This document shows positions 47,529 through 57,685 of a stretch of 64,000 nucleotides of DNA, one piece after another. The stretch is from positions 288,001 to 352,000 of the forward strand of contig CAWDPO010000046.1 in the NCBI GenBank assembly GCA_963804165.1, given 5' to 3'. Below the pieces are notes generated by a model. It was not told where the DNA came from, made no database searches, and saw only the letters and a program-made list of their open reading frames with translations. How positions within the stretch are numbered: position 1 is the stretch's first letter; the number at the start of each line of letters is the position of its first letter. The position numbers and the translations under genes were made by a program. The DNA comes from an uncultured delta proteobacterium. GTDB lineage: Bacteria; Desulfobacterota; Binatia; UBA9968.

Positions 47529-48870
47529 ATGATGGACGGGCTTCCCCACTTTTTCATGTCAGTAGAAAAACGGCTTTGGTCGGTGCTTCCTGAAGGGGGC
47601 ACGTTGCCTGAAGACGTGTGGCAAAAGAGATATTCATTTCTGCTCGGACTCACCTGGTTTCACGCCATCGTTATCGCGCTCATCGGTCCATTGCTTGGCT
47701 ATCGTTGGGAGCTGAGCATCGACGCGATCACCCGTGACGGTAACGTGTTGCACACGTTGTTCGAGGGACTCATTATCGCGCTGTTTGCTGCCGTCGGGAG
47801 TATCAAATGGATCGGCCGAACGCTGCAGGCCGTCGCCGTTGCCATGGGGCTGATGACGGCGTCCGCGATGCTCGTGCATTTATCCGGGGGATACATCGAG
47901 ATTCACTTCCATTTCTTTGTCATGCTTGCTTTCCTGGCCCTGTTGCAGGACTGGGTTCCCTATGTCCTGGCCATTGTTTACGTCGCGGTTCACCACGGGG
48001 TCGTCGGCGCGCTGTGGCCTGAAGAGGTTTTCAACCATGCGGCCGCGACAACGCTCCGTGGACGTGGGCCGGTGTTCATGCATTCTTCATTTTATGGTCC
48101 TGCGTCGGCAGCGTTGTGGCCTGGAGATTCAACGAAAAAGCTCTGGACAAGATTAAAAAACAGGCCGAGGAGCTGAAAGAAGCAAACAAGCTGCAAACCG
48201 ACTTCACAGCGATGATCGCTCACGACCTGCGCGGGCCCATATCCACCGTTCTCAATACCGCAGAGTTGATGGAGAGCGGTCTGTTCGGCGCTGCGAGTGA
48301 CGAACAAAAACAATGGCTCGGTAAAACACAAACGACTTGTCGGGCCGTCTTGGATATCGTGAGTGACTTTCTCGATATTTCCAAGTTCGAGACCGGCAGG
48401 CTCGATTTGATCAAGAAAAAAATCGATCTCTATAAACTCATCCAGTCCAGTCTGGACAGCTACGCGCCGATGGCGCGGGTGAAAAACGTCTCCTTGACGA
48501 GCTTCCTTGAAGCGAACCTCCCTGAAATCAACGCGGACGAACGCCGTTTGGAGCAAGTGTTATCCAATCTCATAACCAACGCGATAAAATTCACTCCGGC
48601 CGGAGGCGTCGTTGAAGTCGGCGCGCGTCGACTGAACGGGGATGTCAGAGTCTGGGTGAAAGACACTGGAGAAGGAATAGCGCCGGATGAAATGGGCGGC
48701 TTGTTCGAGAAATACGCCAAACCACCAGCGGGCAAAGATCCAAGAACAAAGGCACGGGTTTAGGCCTCGCCATCTGCAAAAAAATCGCCGAAGCTCACGG
48801 CGGTAAAATTTCAGTGGAGAGCAGTGTCGGTGAAGGGTCGACGTTCGCAGTCGAGATACCGCGGCAATGA
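47529..48870 (+). CDS. Sensor histidine kinase with His-rich membrane domain; frameshifts near 48049 and 48716
   Basis: [21 protein letters not shown]; [17 protein letters not shown]; reconstructed [18 protein letters not shown] to TGA 48870. Confidence 0.85.
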
Positions 48871-49004
48871 ACTGATCCTATCAGTGCCTTGAAGTGCTTC
48901 ACCTGCCGCCCCGGTTCGGGTATTCGTCCAGCTTTTGTTTGGCGGATATCGACCGGTCGCAACCTTCATAGGGCGAGATTGTCGCGGCTTCGATTCGTGC
49001 CTTG

Positions 49005-50079
49005 CTATCGCAATTCTGTGCCCCAGAGCTCTTTAAGAAAACCCGTCTTGGTCAGTTGCTCGGCGAAGCTGTTGTCGAAAAGCTCAGCCGGTTTTTTGCG
49101 CACATTGGTGCCGCTTTCGCGCGCGACCTCGACGGCCTCGGCGAGGGCGTTCGCGGGTACGAGCATCGCTCGGTTGACCAGCGAGACCGCATAGGTGTCG
49201 TAGGCGGTTTGCAGAGTTTCCATGTCGGGAAGCTTGAGCACCTTGCTCAGTGCAGCTTTTGCTTTCTCGGGATTTTTTTCGGCGAAATAAAGTGATTCGG
49301 CGATGGCGGCAACGAAGCGCTGGACCAGTTGGGGTCTCTCCTTCATGGTTTTCGGATTGGTATGCAGCGAGCTATAGATAAACGGCAGATTCAGCTCCTT
49401 GAGATTATAAATAACGTTGAGTCCATCTTTCTTGCCGCGCGCGTCCAGGGGTGGCGTGACCGGCGCCGCGTGGATGATGCCTGCGATCACCGCGTTGTAA
49501 CGTTCGGGCTTTGCTGCCGCCCATGGGCCGGATGGTGACGTCCGCGGTGCTGAGATTGAATTTCTTCAGCATCGTCTTCATGAGCCGGTCATCTAAATCT
49601 CCAGCCCGCGACACGCCGATACTTTTCCCTTTGAGGTCCTCGAGTCGTTTGATGTCTTTTTGCGCTAACAGCACGTAGGGCAGGCCGATCAGAGGCGAGG
49701 CGATCAATTTGCCGTCGACGCCGCTGGCCAATCCGGGGATCGTGCCGTCGGCGGCGCAATAGAGAAACGAAATCTCGTCTGCCGAAAGGGCCGCGAGATT
49801 CATGGCGCTGCCGCTGATAAATTTATGATCGACCTTAATGCCGTATTTATCGAAGATGCTGTTGTCCATGGCGGTGTACAGATGAACGAATCCGCCGGAG
49901 ACCGCGCATGTGGCGACGTGCACCGTGGTGGGCGCTTCGCCGGCTTTGGCAATAAACGGATTAGCTTGGGACCTTGAAGCGCCGATCAGGATGATGAGTG
50001 CCACCAGCAGTGGCAGTCCTAACCATGATTGTTCCACATGCCGGGAATCGTGCCGGTCCAAAGATCGATTGTCATTCAT
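49005..50079 (-). CDS. ABC transporter substrate-binding protein (NMT1/SsuA-like); frameshift near 49511
   Basis: ORFs 49405..50127 and 49005..49490 join (MGGS/PERYNAVIAG); DLKGKSIGVSR; GFLKELWG. Confidence 0.85.
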
Positions 50080-50164
50080 GTTTGGTCCTCCCCGGTTGCG
50101 ATAGCGCCGCCGTATTTTCGAGCACACGGCGGCGTATGCCGCGGGTCAACGTCGTTGGCTGATC

Positions 50165-50563
50165 TTAGCGCGCGTAAACCTCCACTTTGCCTCGTCCTTC
50201 GCGTCGATTGATGCTGCGATAGTCAAAATCGATCTGTTTGATCGTCTTGCGCTCGCCCGGGAGGTCGATCACGCGAGAACCCGAGCCTTCGGGGAAGCGG
50301 TGGCGCACTTTCGGACTAAACTTCTGATCATTGCTGAAAGTCACAACCAGATTAGAAACTTCGATCGGCGCGTCTTTAACCTTGAATTGAATTTGCCTGA
50401 ACTTGCCTTCGTGACGACCCACTTCGATGCGGTCGTGGTCGTTTCTGAAGTCTACGTCCCGCCTGCCGAGAAGCTCCCATCGGCCGGACGTCTTGGCCGC
50501 GTCCGCAAACTCAGCCATGAGCAAGAGCGTTAAAACCAACCCCCAACCAAGGTGACGTTTCAT
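50165..50563 (-). CDS. Small secreted beta-rich protein (DUF2541-like)
   Basis: Signal MKRHLGWGLVLTLLLMAEFADA; WELLG.R.V.F..DHD.I.V, SRVIDLPG. Confidence 0.7.
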   Translation of the reverse strand: MKRHLGWGLVLTLLLMAEFADAAKTSGRWELLGRRDVDFRNDHDRIEVGRHEGKFRQIQFKVKDAPIEVSNLVVTFSNDQKFSPKVRHRFPEGSGSRVIDLPGERKTIKQIDFDYRSINRREGRGKVEVYAR

Positions 50564-50974
50564 GGAGTCCTCCCTTTTTTTCGAACGAATCCGCTGTAAG
50601 TTGTTTTGAGCCGTCGCAGAGAATCGATCGGCTAGTTCTCCACTGGTGCTGAACAGCAAGCTATCTTCCATGGAACATCTCCGTTCAACTTTCTGGGCAT
50701 CGTCGACAGAAGGAGCCGCTCTTTAACTCGGATCATATTGTCTCTGCCTGTCATGACGTGACCGTCATTCAGGGGTTTCGGTTGTAGCAGATTCCAGGGA
50801 AGTTGGCGACATCGAAACTTGGCCGAGCGCCGCATGATTAGGTGCTGCGCCTGAACCTCGTACGGGCGCTTATGGAGCAAAATATTCGGAGAAACGGCTA
50901 GTGGAAGCATGACGGGGGGTGTATAGATGGGTCGGTTTTCTCCATCGATCCCAACGAAGCTGAGGTGTCATGCC

Positions 50975-51955
50975 ATGAACATCGACCTTCACTCTCATTT
51001 TTTTCCCGTGGACGCGTTGCAAAATCCCGGCAAATTCCAAGACCGTGCGCCGAAAATCAGCGTTGATCAAGGCAAACTGTCGGTGACCTCGCAAATCGGC
51101 AAGCGTGCGGGATTGGGAGCGGGTGCCTACGACCCCGCGGCGCGGATCAAGGCGTTGGATGAGATGAACATCGACCTGCAGGCGATCTCGCCGTCGCCGA
51201 TTTTGCTATTTTACTGGGAAGACACCGTTGTCGCCGCGCACTTTTCACGAAAACAGAACGAGGCGATTCAAGCGGTCGTCAACAAACATCCGAATCGTTT
51301 TATCGGTTTCGGCAGCGTGCCGCTGCAAAGCGTGGCCGAATCTATCGCGATCGCGCAAGAGGCGAAGAGCCTGGGGCTCAAAGGGTTGGAGATCGGCAAC
51401 GCGGTTGGTGACAAGCCGCTCGATGACCCGAGCTTCGAGCCTTTCTTCGAGGCGGTCCAGAAACTGGATATGCTTCTGTTCGTGCATCCCCTGGAAGGCG
51501 GCGTCAAGGCCGACGATCCGCTGATGCCGATTCTCGGCAACGTCCTGCAATTTACCTTTCGCACGACAATGATGATCGAGCGAATGATTTTGACAGGCAT
51601 GTTCGAGAAATACCCGAACTTACGACTTTGCCTTTCGCACGGCGGCGGACTGCTCGCGTTTAATATCTGGCGTCTCGACCATTCCTATTCGCTCCGCGCT
51701 GATTTGAAGAAAGTAATACCGCAAAAACCGTCCGAGTATCTAAGGAGGCTTTACTTTGATTCCATCGTCCATTCCGTCGCGGCACTCCAGTATTTGGTTC
51801 GAGTCGTCGGAGCCGATCGGGTCGTCGTTGGGACGGACTATCCGATGGCAATGGGCGATTTTGAGCCGGTGAGCAAAGTGCGGCAGCTCGATATTGCCGA
51901 TGCGGAACGGCAAAAAATCCTCGGCGGTAATGCGGCGCAAGCCTTGAATCTTTGA
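50975..51955 (+). CDS. Amidohydrolase-2 family protein (ACMSD-like decarboxylase/hydratase)
   Basis: IDLHSH, FVHP, SHGGG, GTDYP, ILGGNA. Confidence 0.88.
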   Translation: MNIDLHSHFFPVDALQNPGKFQDRAPKISVDQGKLSVTSQIGKRAGLGAGAYDPAARIKALDEMNIDLQAISPSPILLFYWEDTVVAAHFSRKQNEAIQAVVNKHPNRFIGFGSVPLQSVAESIAIAQEAKSLGLKGLEIGNAVGDKPLDDPSFEPFFEAVQKLDMLLFVHPLEGGVKADDPLMPILGNVLQFTFRTTMMIERMILTGMFEKYPNLRLCLSHGGGLLAFNIWRLDHSYSLRADLKKVIPQKPSEYLRRLYFDSIVHSVAALQYLVRVVGADRVVVGTDYPMAMGDFEPVSKVRQLDIADAERQKILGGNAAQALNL

Positions 51956-52038
51956 CGCTAACGCGATAGTGCATCCGGTCCTGTAATCCATGAGTAACGA
52001 ATTATTAATCGTTCGATACCTTGTAGGAGGAGGCCGAT

Positions 52039-53034
52039 ATGCAATTGATGCTGATTGCAGTTGTGACGCTTTTTCTGGGCGCCTGCGCCACCATGAGGAG
52101 TGGGGGGTCGACGGTTTCGATTCTCGTTGACCTCGATCCGACAAGCTTTGAACGCACGGTGATCGTTGAAAGTATTACGGCAGATACAGCAGGGCGGCTC
52201 TATTTGCCGGAGCGGGTTACGGGCAATATTCTCCGCGTCGATCCGAAGGCTCCGAAGCCAGTGGTGGTCGGGCGGATCGAAGCGCGCGAGATCAAGGGGA
52301 AAAAAGTCGATGCCAACGGTAGCGGGTTAGCTTTCAATCAGCAGGGCGATCTGTTCGTAGCTGCCGGAGCCTTCGGCGAAGTCGTGCGCATCAGAGGAAG
52401 CGAGCTGAATCCAGCGAAACCGGGCTTGGCGCAAACTTTTGCCACAGGGACTCCCGGTGCCAACGGCATCGCTTTTGACCGCCAAGGAAACCTTTTCATT
52501 TCAGGCGGCGCCAGTGGAGACGTCTACCGCGTTGTCCCGAACGGGGGCGCAGCCCAAACCGCGGTGCAAATCGAAAAGCACGTGCGCACGCTTCCCGACG
52601 GCAAAGCACAGCAAGCAATCATCGCCAACGGTCTCGCCTTCGACACCAAGGGTGTGCTGCATGTCGCTGATACTTCGCGCGGCGCAATCTGGACGGTGGT
52701 GATCGGTGCCGACGGCAAAGGCGGGAAGCCTTCACTGTTGGCGCAAAGTCCTTTGCTCGAAGGCGCCGACGGTCTTGCCTTTGATCGCAATGGCAGGCTT
52801 TGGGTAACCGCCAACGAGCGTAATGCGCTTGTGACGGTCACGGCGGACGGGCAAGTGCGAGAAGTGGCAAAAAACGCCGGCGCGGGGCCGCTGGAATTTC
52901 CCGCCGCCATGGTCTTTATCGGCGATACCGGTTATATCGCGAACTTCGATACGCCGCGGCGTGACAACATGGACGCCAACGGCAGCTCTGCCTTGGACGG
53001 CATCGGCGCCTCGATCGCGCAGATCACGCCGTAG
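52039..53034 (+). CDS. SMP-30/gluconolactonase-like beta-propeller lipoprotein
   Basis: LGAC lipobox; ESIT, NGLAF, NGIAFD, DGLAFD blades. Confidence 0.85.
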   Translation: MQLMLIAVVTLFLGACATMRSGGSTVSILVDLDPTSFERTVIVESITADTAGRLYLPERVTGNILRVDPKAPKPVVVGRIEAREIKGKKVDANGSGLAFNQQGDLFVAAGAFGEVVRIRGSELNPAKPGLAQTFATGTPGANGIAFDRQGNLFISGGASGDVYRVVPNGGAAQTAVQIEKHVRTLPDGKAQQAIIANGLAFDTKGVLHVADTSRGAIWTVVIGADGKGGKPSLLAQSPLLEGADGLAFDRNGRLWVTANERNALVTVTADGQVREVAKNAGAGPLEFPAAMVFIGDTGYIANFDTPRRDNMDANGSSALDGIGASIAQITP

Positions 53035-53042
53035 GAGCCGCG

Positions 53043-53819
53043 GTGGTGCTGCTCTCCATTGAAAACCTTCGCAAGGAGTATCAGGTTCGGGGTAAAAAAG
53101 TTTTGGCCCTCGACTCGGTGGATCTCACCATCTCCGAGGGCGAGTTCGTCACCATCGTCGGGCCATCCGGTTGCGGTAAGTCGACGTTGCTCAATTTGAT
53201 CGTCGGTCTGATGCGATCGAGCATGGGGCGCATCGTTTTTCGCGGCGAGCCCATCGACGGCATCTCGACGAAAATCGGCTACGTGACGCAAAAGGACAAC
53301 CTGCTGCCCTGGCGTACCCTGATCGAGAACGTCGAGATCGCATTGGAGATTAAAAGCGTTGAAAGGGATGCGCGGCGCGCGCGCGCGAAGGAGTTGATCG
53401 ATCGCGTCGGCTTGAGCGGCTTCGAGGAGCATTATCCGCATGAGTTGTCGGGCGGCATGCGCCAGCGCGCCAATATCATTCGCACGCTGATATACGATCC
53501 GGAGCTGATTTTGATGGACGAGCCCTTCGGCCCGCTCGATGCGCAGACCAGAATCGTTCTGCAGGATCAGCTTCTAAAACTGTGGGCGGCGACTAAAAAA
53601 ACCATCATCTTCATCACCCACGATTTAGTCGAAGCGATCACATTGGCGGACCGCGTCGTGCTGATGAGCTCCCGGCCCGGCAAGATAAAACTGATCGAAG
53701 CCATTGCCATTCCCCGACCGCGGGACGTCTTTAAGATTCACGAGAGCCGGGAATTTCGTGTTGCTTATGAACGGTTGTGGCAGGAGTTGCGTCCCGAGGT
53801 AAAGTTGGTAGACGCGTAG
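53043..53819 (+). CDS. NitT/TauT ABC transporter ATP-binding protein
   Basis: GPSGCGKST, LSGGMRQR, LMDEPFG, ITHD. Confidence 0.95.
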   Translation: MVLLSIENLRKEYQVRGKKVLALDSVDLTISEGEFVTIVGPSGCGKSTLLNLIVGLMRSSMGRIVFRGEPIDGISTKIGYVTQKDNLLPWRTLIENVEIALEIKSVERDARRARAKELIDRVGLSGFEEHYPHELSGGMRQRANIIRTLIYDPELILMDEPFGPLDAQTRIVLQDQLLKLWAATKKTIIFITHDLVEAITLADRVVLMSSRPGKIKLIEAIAIPRPRDVFKIHESREFRVAYERLWQELRPEVKLVDA

Positions 53820-53837
53820 AAGAAAGGAGACTTTCAT

Positions 53838-54851
53838 ATGAAACTTTTGACGGCGATATTTCTCGCAGTGCTATGGTGTTTTGGCTGGTCAGCTTGGCCC
53901 GCGAGCGCGCAGGCACCGAGAAAAGTCAAAATGACGATCCCCGTCGTCGCGCACTCGATGACGCCGGTTTATGTTGCCCAGAGCAAGGGGTTCTTTGCCG
54001 ATGAAAAACTCGAGCTGGATATCACCTCCACGGGCGGTGGAGGTCCCGACATCCGGGCGCTCATCGCCGGCGACGTGGAATTCAGCTTCACCACCGGTGA
54101 CAACGTCATTCTCGCCCATCAGGAAGGGAAAAGATTGCTCATGGTCATGAGCGGGCTTAACAAAGTCTTCATCAACTGGGCGATTCACAAGGAGAGCGCC
54201 AAAGCTAAGGGTATTACAGAATCGACGCCACTGGCGGAGAAAATCAAAGCGCTCAAAGGCTTGACCGTCGGAGTGACCAATCCGGGCGCTTTAACCGCCC
54301 ATCTCGCGGCATTTGTCATCCGCAAAGCAGGTTACAATCCGCAACAGGACGTGCAGATCATCCCGATCGGCGCCGGCCCGACCTGGCTCGCGGCTCTGGA
54401 GAACCGCAAAATCGACGTCGCTTTGACCGCGCCGCCGGTACCGGAGACCGCCATCAGCCGCGGATTTGCGATTATGTTCATCAACAACGCTAAAGGGGAG
54501 GACCCTTCGATTCCGGAGTTTCTCATGGAAAATCTGATCGCGCGGCCGGAAACGGTGGCGAAAGAGCCCGACCTAGTGCGTAGAATGGTGCGCGCGTTAA
54601 CCCGGGCCAACCAATGGGCGCATAAGAGTTCGCCTGAACAAGTGGCGGACGCGCTCAAACCTTTTATGGCCAAAACGCCTCCGGAACTTTTGTTGGCCGG
54701 CGTCAATTCGGTTCTGCCTACGCTCAGTGTCGATGGCCGCACGAGCGAGCGGAGCTTCCAGATTACACAGGATATTCTCGAACAGGCGGGTATCCTGAAA
54801 AAGCGCGCGCCTTACGCCGAGCTCGTCACCAATGACTTTCTGATGAAATGA
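53838..54851 (+). CDS. NitT/TauT ABC transporter substrate-binding protein
   Basis: Signal peptide; KGFFADEKL, LKGLTVGVT. Confidence 0.9.
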   Translation: MKLLTAIFLAVLWCFGWSAWPASAQAPRKVKMTIPVVAHSMTPVYVAQSKGFFADEKLELDITSTGGGGPDIRALIAGDVEFSFTTGDNVILAHQEGKRLLMVMSGLNKVFINWAIHKESAKAKGITESTPLAEKIKALKGLTVGVTNPGALTAHLAAFVIRKAGYNPQQDVQIIPIGAGPTWLAALENRKIDVALTAPPVPETAISRGFAIMFINNAKGEDPSIPEFLMENLIARPETVAKEPDLVRRMVRALTRANQWAHKSSPEQVADALKPFMAKTPPELLLAGVNSVLPTLSVDGRTSERSFQITQDILEQAGILKKRAPYAELVTNDFLMK

Positions 54852-55633
54852 TCAGCCGCGGACGTTTATTTCTTTACCGTCTGGTTTTCGGCCTCGTGCT
54901 CCTGGCGTTCTGGGAGCTGAGCTCGGGGAGATTGATCGATCCATTCTGGGTGTCGAGCCCCTCGAAGGTTTTCTTGTATCTCTACGAGGTGTTCGCCGAC
55001 GGTTCGATCTATGGCCACCTGGGGATCACGCTTTATGAGACATTCAGCGGCTTTTTCATCGGATCGATTTTCGGCATCGGACTTGGGTTTGCCCTTGGAC
55101 GCCGGGAAATCCTGGCGGATATCTTGGATCCTTACGTGGTCGCTTTTAACGGTATACCGCGCATCGCGCTGGCGCCGTTGTTTATCATCTGGTTCGGTAT
55201 CGGTCCTACTTCGAAGGTCATTCTGGTGGTGAGCGTGGTTTTCTTTTTGACCTTTTTCAATACCTTTGCCGGGGTTAAAGGCGTCGACGCGGAGCTCAAA
55301 AACGTCTTACGGATCATGGGCGCGACGGAGCGGCAGATCCTGATGAAAATCACACTGCCGGCGATCGTGCCGTGGATCACCACCGGCTTAAAAATTAGCC
55401 TGCCCTACGCGATCGTGGCTGCCGTGGTGGGAGAATTTATCGCCGCTAGTAAGGGTCTAGGTTACTTAATCAACTACAACACATCGCTATTTTCGACCAC
55501 CGGAGCGCTCGGCGGGATTCTCGTGCTCGCCATGGTAGTAGTCATCTGTAACGAAGTGATCAACCGGGCCGAGTCCTATTTGCTTCGCTGGCGGCCGCGG
55601 GAGGAGCGCAAGAGTGAAGGGGAGTTGTATTGA
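54848..55633 (+). CDS. NitT/TauT ABC transporter permease
   Basis: PRIALAPLFIIWFG, MGAT, VVGEFIA...GLG. Confidence 0.93.
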   Translation: MISRGRLFLYRLVFGLVLLAFWELSSGRLIDPFWVSSPSKVFLYLYEVFADGSIYGHLGITLYETFSGFFIGSIFGIGLGFALGRREILADILDPYVVAFNGIPRIALAPLFIIWFGIGPTSKVILVVSVVFFLTFFNTFAGVKGVDAELKNVLRIMGATERQILMKITLPAIVPWITTGLKISLPYAIVAAVVGEFIAASKGLGYLINYNTSLFSTTGALGGILVLAMVVVICNEVINRAESYLLRWRPREERKSEGELY

Positions 55634-55965
55634 AAATCGAAGAATGAGTGAAAGGTAAGTCGACGGCGTTTTGGATGCCGGCCACGTGATGAATCCACCG
55701 ACGACGGCAGGGCGAATACGGTTATTACGTCATTCGTTGCGGCAACGATTGAGCCGAGGAATTCTTCAAGACCAAGATTAGGTGACTTTCTATCTCTCCT
55801 TGAAGAGGTAAGGAAACGGCATCGGTTGAAGAATATCGATTTCACCGCATCGACGCGAGGACAGGCTGGAGAAGTCGGATTCGGGATAATTTGTGGCCGT
55901 GTGAGCGGCCGCAGACGTAGCGTGTCTGTTTACTTTACGATGTTTCTAGCGTTTGTTGTGTCGTT

Positions 55966-56353
55966 CTAAGCCATCAAATGGGCGCGTAGAACATCTCGCA
56001 ACATCGGCAAGTGATGGTCTGTATAGAATCTCTGCGGCCCCTGCATTGCGGGAGCGGTCTGCACGTTCTTCAACGTTGCAGGCGGTTGTCCAGCCGGTAT
56101 TTATCACCACGGGTATGTTTCGCGTGGACATATTCGCTTTTAGACGTGTCGTGGCTTCGTCTCCTTTCATCCCCGGCAAGAGAAGATCCATCATGATGAG
56201 ATCGGGACGTATGCTGGAAGCTCTGTCTATGACCTCTGGACCCGTAGCGGCTTCGAAGACCTCATGCCCCAAACCGTGAATGAATGCCCGGAGTGATTCT
56301 CGAGATGTTTCATTACCGTCGGCGATCAAAATTTTCTTGGCTGTGTTGCTCAT
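55966..56353 (-). CDS. Single-domain response regulator (receiver); probable frameshift near 56015
   Basis: KKILIADG, PDLIMMDLLLPGMKG, IPVVINTG; alternative frame ends LPMLRDVLRAHLMA*. Confidence 0.8.
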
Positions 56354-56366
56354 GTAGAAGGGCTAA

Positions 56367-56382
56367 CGCACAAAGGATGCCA
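56367..56382 (-). promoter_or_regulatory. Putative sigma-54 promoter
   Basis: Minus strand TGGCATCCTTTGTGCG = GG-N10-GC, just upstream of the receiver gene. Confidence 0.55.
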
Positions 56383-56720
56383 GCCGGCACAGAAGCCATC
56401 TTCTTGGTACTTTCTTCCCAGGGGTGACACTCCTGGGACATTTCTCAGTAAGATTTGCGGAAAGCGAGACTTCATCCTGGAAGTAGATACTTCCCGTTAC
56501 CGGTCATGTGTACATTGGCTGAGTGGATTCCAGGGATAGGATGCAATTTGACTGATCCCGGCCGCAGTGCTGCGATTGTGGAAAGCTTTCAGCCCGGAAG
56601 GTGACACGAGCAGAAGCGGTCGGGGAGGTCAGAGTGTCGGGTGTCGGGGGGCATTAGCTGGTGTTTAATGTCTCTGTCGGTGATGGTTGAAATCCCTCGC
56701 GTTCAGGCGAAGTCAACGCT

Positions 56721-56804
56721 TGTCATGCCGGCGAACGCCGGCATCCAGGTTAAATTCCGTTCAAGTCAAAAACCGCCTTGATTCCAGCGTGCGCGGGAAT
56801 GACG
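56721..56804. repeat. CGTC-type REP doublet
   Basis: TGTCATGCCGGCGAACGCCGGCATCCAG...TTGATTCCAGCGTGCGCGGGAATGACG. Confidence 0.78.
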
Positions 56805-56943
56805 AAAACAGGAGTCGACTTCCGGTCGACAAACTTGAAACACCTCGGCCGTTCAATCCGAACAGGATAGTCTCAAGTAGGATTAGGCATTCTACGTGAT
56901 ATACTACGTTACACAAATCCGGTGACGATGAATTGGAGGGACA

Positions 56944-57222
56944 ATGTTCAATCCTTCACCGAAAATTGCTTTCTTGATGGTTGTCGGCTGCTTTGCATGG
57001 GGCTGTGCTCCGATTAAAGAAACTGGTCGAACGATCGGCCACACGACTCGCGATGTGACTAGAGAAATCGGTCATGGTGCTCGGGACGTTACGAGGGAAA
57101 TCGGCCACGGTACCCGGGATGTGGTGAGAGACATCGGCGAGGGAACTCGCGACGCGGTGAAGGCGGGCAGCGAAGAAGTAAAAAAGGTCGTGAAACCGTC
57201 GAGTGCGCAGTCGGAGTATTAA
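56944..57222 (+). CDS. Small lipoprotein with four 11-residue repeats
   Basis: GGAGG RBS; AWGC lipobox; IGHTTRDVTRE IGHGARDVTRE IGHGTRDVVRD IGEGTRDAVKA. Confidence 0.8.
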   Translation: MFNPSPKIAFLMVVGCFAWGCAPIKETGRTIGHTTRDVTREIGHGARDVTREIGHGTRDVVRDIGEGTRDAVKAGSEEVKKVVKPSSAQSEY

Positions 57223-57348
57223 AAGGTAAATCGGATCTGACACCTGCGAGATTACTGTGTTATCAAAACGCGCGAACTTTCCTTTGTGGCTGTCCCTGCC
57301 GACACGGAAATCCGATCCGACTAGGCGAATCGGATCGGCACAGGTAGT

Positions 57349-57590
57349 CTAGTAAAACGCTAACCTAAAGATAGCTAAATAAGATTTCTTGGCTATCGTT
57401 GCGGGCCCGTTCATTCCCAACGTTCGAGTCCGATCGATCGGCGAAGACCTCCAAGCCATCTTCGAACCATGCCATAAATAGTTGCTGTTAAGGACGGGTG
57501 AGACGGCCAAGTAGGCCGAGCGCGATTCCTGGGGCATCGATTTCGTCAGAGCAATTTCGTCGGGTCACGGTAGCTCTGCGAGTCCGGTGC
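57349..57590 (-). pseudogene. Possible decayed Uma2/DUF820 nuclease-like remnant
   Basis: Fragments PDSQSYR, PDEIAL, AYLAVSPVL, NYLWHGSKMAW loosely resemble the family pattern. Confidence 0.25.
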
Positions 57591-57685
57591 GTGTAGGATC
57601 GGCGATCAAGACCGTCGCACCGGCGCTTGAGCCAGAATCTAAAAATTCCAGTGGAAAATCCCAGTTGAGCGAAGGGCTCGCAACA

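Noticed and set aside
57034-57165. 33-bp repeats as a CRISPR array
   Set aside because: The units are contiguous, have no spacers, vary at codon third positions, and no cas genes are present.
57312-57338. Hairpin CCGATCCGA/TCGGATCGG as an ncRNA or riboswitch
   Set aside because: A single stem without recognisable conserved motifs; at most a terminator-like or repeat remnant.
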